Positions 15,958 to 20,211 of a DNA stretch of 20,211 nt are shown here, one piece after another. The stretch spans positions 1 to 20,211 of the forward strand of contig JBBSWH010000013.1 of the NCBI GenBank assembly GCA_038046385.1, written 5' to 3'. The notes under the pieces are model-generated. The model was not told the DNA's origin and ran no database searches. It was given only the letters and a program-made list of their open reading frames with translations. This stretch comes from Nanobdellota archaeon (GTDB lineage: Archaea > Nanobdellota > Nanobdellia > Woesearchaeales > GW2011-AR4). Every line of letters begins with the position of its first letter. Within the stretch, counting starts at the first letter, position 1. Position numbers and translations under genes: made by a program.

Positions 15958-16821
15958 ATGGTGCGGTTTATGAACTATAAAGATTTCACAAAATCTATTT
16001 TTAGGGGAATTGGCCAGGTAATGCTTCAGAATAATGCAATCACTGGATTTATTTTTCTTATTGCTGTTGTTTACTCTTCGTGGCTGATGGGAATTGGGGC
16101 ATTGATTGGCACGGCAACTGGGACGCTAACTGCAATAATGCTAAAATACAAAGAAAAAGATGTTTTGGGCGGCCTTTATGGATTTAACGGAACTCTAGTC
16201 GGAATCTCATTGTTATTTTTCTTCAAACCTACTGGATTTCTGTTTATAATTTTAATAATTGCAGCAGCTATTTCAGCAATAGTTATGAATTTTATGCATA
16301 AGAAAAAATTTATGCCATACACATTTCCTTTTGTTTTAACTGCCTGGGTGTTTATCTTTCTGATAAAAAGTTTTAATATTGTGCCTTCTTCCATTCCAGA
16401 AACGGTGTATTTTACGCAGGCTGATATTTTATCGGCAATAATTCTGGGCTTCAGCCAGGTTATGCTTCAGGCAAGCGTAATAACCGGAATATTATTCTTT
16501 ATTGGAATACTGATAAATTCCAGAATTTCTGCAGTGTATGCATTAGCCGGCTCAACAATCGGATTATTAACCGGCCTATTGTTTTTTCCTTCTTTGATTA
16601 ATCTGATAAATATCGGGATTTTTGGGTTTAACGGAGTGCTATGCGGCATTGCTTTCTCAGATAAAAAAAGGCATTCTTTTATTTTTGCAGTAACTGCAAT
16701 TATTCTATCTGCAGGCATTATTTACGGATTTATAGCGTTAAACTTTATTGCGCTGACAGCGCCATTTGTTTTTGCAGCATGGATAACGGTGTTTGCTAAA
16801 AATAAAATTCATAAAATTTAG
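15958..16821 (+). CDS. Urea transporter (UT family)
   Basis: Internally duplicated motifs GIGQVMLQNN/GFSQVMLQAS, GLYGFNG/GIFGFNG and YTFPFV/LTAPFV, with about 10 TM segments. TTTATAAA at 15927-15934. Alternative start ATG 15970. Confidence 0.9.
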   Translation: MVRFMNYKDFTKSIFRGIGQVMLQNNAITGFIFLIAVVYSSWLMGIGALIGTATGTLTAIMLKYKEKDVLGGLYGFNGTLVGISLLFFFKPTGFLFIILIIAAAISAIVMNFMHKKKFMPYTFPFVLTAWVFIFLIKSFNIVPSSIPETVYFTQADILSAIILGFSQVMLQASVITGILFFIGILINSRISAVYALAGSTIGLLTGLLFFPSLINLINIGIFGFNGVLCGIAFSDKKRHSFIFAVTAIILSAGIIYGFIALNFIALTAPFVFAAWITVFAKNKIHKI

Positions 16822-16838
16822 AAATAAGATTTATTTTT

Positions 16839-18767
16839 TCATACAACTTCCAAATCATTCACGCATTTGTTGACCAAGTCCTGGCAGTTGCTTAGCATGT
16901 CGCGCAGGCTCCTGTCCTGTGTTGCGCTTTTTATCTGCCCGAGCTTGTCAACTATCTGCCTGAAAAAGCGTATTAAATCGCCTTCAAGCAAGTTAGTATT
17001 TGACAGTATCTTGAACAGATCGCTTCCGGTGTAGCACAAATGGATCATTGAAGTTAAATTATCAATTTCCCTAAACCTTTTTTCCTTGCTTAAGAAATCA
17101 TCATCCCAGAGCATTTTCTTAAGGTCATTTGTCTGTCTTGAGTGGAATGTTTTGTAAAACTCCGTTCTTTCCCTTGCTTCGTAGCAGACGCAAGCAACTA
17201 CCATCAGCATCTGGTATTCATTTAATTTTTTGTAGAATTCTGTTGCAAAAATTTCGCCTATCAAAATTTCTTCGGAATATATCTGGGAGGCAAATTCTCC
17301 TTTTTCTGTCAGTTTGTTTCCTATAGCATATCCCATCTTTTCCAGTTTCTTTTTGTAATTGTAAAACGCATTGTGGCTTATTGCGTTTTCTATCCTCATG
17401 AAATTTTTGCCGTATTTCTGGAAAGAGTGGAAGCTTTTGCTCAGAATTTCGTCAATTTCTTTTTCATTGTGCTGCTTTATGAGATTTAACACTGTGTTTA
17501 TGGAAAGCTTGAATTGGGATTTTATCGGGGTTGTGTCGGAATGGACTGTTTTTTTCACCCTGTCATATTCAAAATTTTTCCTCTCAATCATGATGTAAAC
17601 AAACCCCTCTGTGTCTATGCCCCTTCTTCCTGCGCGCCCTGCAATCTGGAAATATTCTTTTGAGTTCATCAATCTGAAAGAAACCCCGTCAAATTTTCTC
17701 ATTGACTCAAAGCATACGCTTTTTGCCGGCATGTTGATTCCTACAGCAAATGTTTCTGTTGTGTAAAGCACTTTGATTAATCCTTTTTCAAAAAGCTCCT
17801 CTACAATCTCCTTTAAAATCGGAAGAATGCCTGCATGATGAAATCCTATTCCGTATGGAAGCGTTTGCCTCAAAATTTTTGTTGATTCAAGCCTGTTTAT
17901 TTCTGGGTTTGAATTTGCAAGCTTTTCCCTGACAAAATTTGTTATTTCCTGATTGTACGAAAATAGGTTTGCTTTTGCAAGAGAAATTGCATTTTTCTGG
18001 CACCCCTGCCTTGAAAAGCTGAAGAACATGCACGGAAGCTTGTCCTTTATATCCCTTATCAGATCTATATGATTCGGCATTTTAGGCCTTTGGTGATGCT
18101 GATATTGCCCTCTTTTTCTAACAACTTTGCGATAATCTGAAATGTCTAAATGATCTTTTAGATTTTTTAATGTTGTAATTCCAATCTCTGCGTCAAAAAA
18201 ATTCACGTGCAATGGAACCGGCCTTTCGTCGTGCTTGACAACAACAACTTCATGGTGCTTTATCGCATGAATCCAGTCTGCAAACTCCTGCGCATTCGGG
18301 ATTGTGGCAGAAAGACAGAGTATTCTTACATTTGGCCTTGAGAAAATAACAGACTCTTCCCAGACATATCCCCTTTCAATATCGTTGATGTAGTGTATTT
18401 CATCAAAAATAACATATGAAACATCATGGATGAAAGGATCGTTAATCATTACCATATTCCTGTAGATTTCTGTTGTCATTATCAGGATTAGCGCATCGGG
18501 ATTTTTCTGCACATCTCCTGTGAGGATTCCCACGTTTTTTGCGCCGTAGGTTCTTGAGAATTCCTTGTATTTTTGGTTTGACAGTGCTTTTATCGGCGCA
18601 GTGTAAATTACCCTTATGCCTTTCTTGAAATCACGGTCAATTATGAAATCTGCAATCAGTGTCTTTCCTGATCCTGTCGGAGCTGAAACTACAACAGACT
18701 TGTTTTGCTCAATTGCATGTATTGCATCTTCCTGAAACTTGTCAAGAACTAAGCCTTTGTATTCCAT
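16839..18767 (-). CDS. Ski2/HelY-like superfamily II DEAH-box RNA helicase with C-terminal DSHCT domain
   Basis: APTGSGKT, YTAPIKALSNQK, MTTEIYRN, DEIH, LSATIPN, HHAGI, TETFAVGINMPA, QIAGRAGRRG and C-terminal EGDLIRFFRQ. Confidence 0.92.
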   Translation of the reverse strand: MEYKGLVLDKFQEDAIHAIEQNKSVVVSAPTGSGKTLIADFIIDRDFKKGIRVIYTAPIKALSNQKYKEFSRTYGAKNVGILTGDVQKNPDALILIMTTEIYRNMVMINDPFIHDVSYVIFDEIHYINDIERGYVWEESVIFSRPNVRILCLSATIPNAQEFADWIHAIKHHEVVVVKHDERPVPLHVNFFDAEIGITTLKNLKDHLDISDYRKVVRKRGQYQHHQRPKMPNHIDLIRDIKDKLPCMFFSFSRQGCQKNAISLAKANLFSYNQEITNFVREKLANSNPEINRLESTKILRQTLPYGIGFHHAGILPILKEIVEELFEKGLIKVLYTTETFAVGINMPAKSVCFESMRKFDGVSFRLMNSKEYFQIAGRAGRRGIDTEGFVYIMIERKNFEYDRVKKTVHSDTTPIKSQFKLSINTVLNLIKQHNEKEIDEILSKSFHSFQKYGKNFMRIENAISHNAFYNYKKKLEKMGYAIGNKLTEKGEFASQIYSEEILIGEIFATEFYKKLNEYQMLMVVACVCYEARERTEFYKTFHSRQTNDLKKMLWDDDFLSKEKRFREIDNLTSMIHLCYTGSDLFKILSNTNLLEGDLIRFFRQIVDKLGQIKSATQDRSLRDMLSNCQDLVNKCVNDLEVV

Positions 18768-18886
18768 ATTAAATAGGAGGCATTATAGTGTTAATAAATG
18801 TATTTGGAGGATTGAAGCAGGCATCACCCTCGATTGGCTGCCCAAAAAGGCAAGATATTTATATCAAAAGGCACAGGTTACTGATT

Positions 18887-19039
18887 ATGGACACAATAAC
18901 CCTTCCAAGATCAGAGCTTGAACAGCTGCATAGGGAGATAGAAACACTCAGAAACTCAGGACTTTACAAAAGACTCTTGGAGTTTGAGAAGAATATTTCA
19001 GAAGGTAGCAAATTTACCAGAAAGGATTTAGGATTTTAA
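18887..19039 (+). CDS. Small 50-aa protein, candidate antitoxin
   Basis: MDTITLPRSELEQLHREIETLRNSGLYKRLLEFEKNISEGSKFTRKDLGF, resembling short archaeal TITIPxxE...IETL...EG antitoxin-like proteins. TTTATATC box about 22 nt upstream of ATG 18887. Confidence 0.6.
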   Translation: MDTITLPRSELEQLHREIETLRNSGLYKRLLEFEKNISEGSKFTRKDLGF

Positions 19040-19342
19040 TTTTTTCTTTATTTTTTCTATAGTGCTCTGCTGTTTTTCGCTGCTTGTCTTCATTTCAAAT
19101 TCAAACACGTAGATTTCATCCGTAAGCCTACTGTGCTTATAATACAGCCTAATCGGGGGATGTTTGTTTTTTAATTCATAAATAAAAAGCCCTGAATCCA
19201 GAAGTTCTCCGGCATCTTCACCCGATTGTTCTAGCCTGTCAAGCATTCTTGTTAAAATAGTTTTAATTTGCTGGTTTTTGCCTGCTTTTTTAAGCTGTTT
19301 TATTATAACATCATCAAAAACCAGAGGATACCTTTTTTCCAT
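19028..19342 (-). CDS. RelE/ParE-superfamily toxin-like protein
   Basis: 104 aa and basic, with pattern YPLVF...KQLKK...LDRL...G..L..G.FIYELK....IRLYY......IYVF.F.MKT. ATG at 19342, with TTTAAATA 23 nt upstream on the minus strand. Confidence 0.65.
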   Translation of the reverse strand: MEKRYPLVFDDVIIKQLKKAGKNQQIKTILTRMLDRLEQSGEDAGELLDSGLFIYELKNKHPPIRLYYKHSRLTDEIYVFEFEMKTSSEKQQSTIEKIKKKLKS

Positions 19343-19382
19343 AATGGTTAAACGCACAAACTTTTATTTAAATTTGCCTATT

Positions 19383-19994
19383 TCACATATAGAATTTCTG
19401 ATAAACCAGCCCTATAATCAATGCCAGCAGCAGCCCTATCAGCAGCCCCTGCACAAACTCTGCTGTGAAGAATTTCTGGTTCCTCTTTGAAGAAAGCGCA
19501 GCAAGCTCTTTTTCCATGTGCTCTTCAACTTCGAGTATTTTTTCTTCGCGTTTTGATATTTCCTTTTCTTTTAGCAGTATATCGTTAATCTTCTCCAGGG
19601 AAATCTCTGAATAATGCGAAGGTTCCGGCTTCGGCTCTTCTTTTTTAGTTTCTTCTTTTTTGTTTATTTCCTTTGCAGAGCTTTTTATGAAAGGGAATGC
19701 CTTAAGCAGCGGCCCGGAAAATGAAATGCGCGGCTTGATTTCCGACTCTATGGCTTCTATTGCCTCAATTGTCCGCTCTCTTGAGGACATGCTGAGAATC
19801 TTATTTGCCAGCTTTTCATTTTTGAAAACGTCCCTGACCCAGTTGGCGAAGTCGTTCTTGTGCTCGTTGACATGATTGCTGAATGCTGCATCATCCATTG
19901 CCTTTAACGCATCAAGAAGCTCATCAATGTTTTTCAGAGCAGTGCCATTTGAAAGATAGAAATATTGGTTTGGCTCTATGTCTTTATCACTCAT
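19383..19994 (-). CDS. DUF5752-like domain protein with coiled coil and C-terminal membrane anchor
   Basis: YFYLSNG..LKNIDEL..AL..MDD..F..HV...KNDFANWVRDVF....LA domain and C-terminal GLLIGLLLALIIGLV. SD GAGGT upstream. Confidence 0.75.
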   Translation of the reverse strand: MSDKDIEPNQYFYLSNGTALKNIDELLDALKAMDDAAFSNHVNEHKNDFANWVRDVFKNEKLANKILSMSSRERTIEAIEAIESEIKPRISFSGPLLKAFPFIKSSAKEINKKEETKKEEPKPEPSHYSEISLEKINDILLKEKEISKREEKILEVEEHMEKELAALSSKRNQKFFTAEFVQGLLIGLLLALIIGLVYQKFYM

Positions 19995-20193
19995 TAATCT
20001 ACAACCTCTTTTTTTACTATACTATTTGAGAACTGGTATTTAAATGTTTCCGATGATTAAGAAGAGGTACCTAAGTTAGAGTTTATCCACAAAGCCATGT
20101 TTTTTATCCCAAAATTATAAGAAAATTTAAATATATGTTACCCTAAAGAGTAAATGGGGGTCTTGGTATCAAAAAACTAAGAGGGTGGTTTCT

Positions 20194-20211
20194 ATGAAGA
20201 TGAATAAATCG
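20194..20211 (+). CDS. Probable 5' end of a gene running off the window (MKMNKS...)
   Basis: SD-like GAGGGTG before ATG 20194 and TTTAAATATA further upstream. Only 6 codons are visible. Confidence 0.35.

Noticed and set aside
15758-15958. 66-aa ORF across the structured intergenic region
   Set aside because: TTG start with no SD, overlap with inverted repeats and the urea transporter promoter, and no protein features.

Overview
AT-rich prokaryotic window that looks archaeal. The signs are an intron-containing tRNA-Ser(GGA) with no encoded CCA, TATA-like boxes about 20-27 nt before many start codons, GGTGA-type SD sites, a COG2108-like radical SAM gene and a DUF5752-like gene. A DPANN/Woesearchaeota-like host is my inference. 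Positions 531-8865 hold a compact aromatic amino acid operon: type I-beta DAHP synthase, aroB, a 1088-aa AroA-AroK-AroD-AroE fusion in eukaryotic AROM domain order, aroC, chorismate mutase-TyrA and pheA. The operon is preceded by an ORF missing from the supplied track (358-426, MENIASNSNVKFFSFRYFYFWQ), in which 8 of the last 11 codons are Phe/Tyr/Trp. This is the signature of a ribosome-sensing attenuator leader peptide and is the top finding. The rest of the window has a family of short AAATC-N3/4-GATTT palindromic repeats (one abutting the tRNA), two radical SAM genes, a CDF metal transporter, a urea transporter, a Ski2/HelY-like helicase, a HAMP sensor-like protein without an output domain, and a convergent RelE-like/small-protein pair. 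All calls come from reading motifs by eye; no searches were run.
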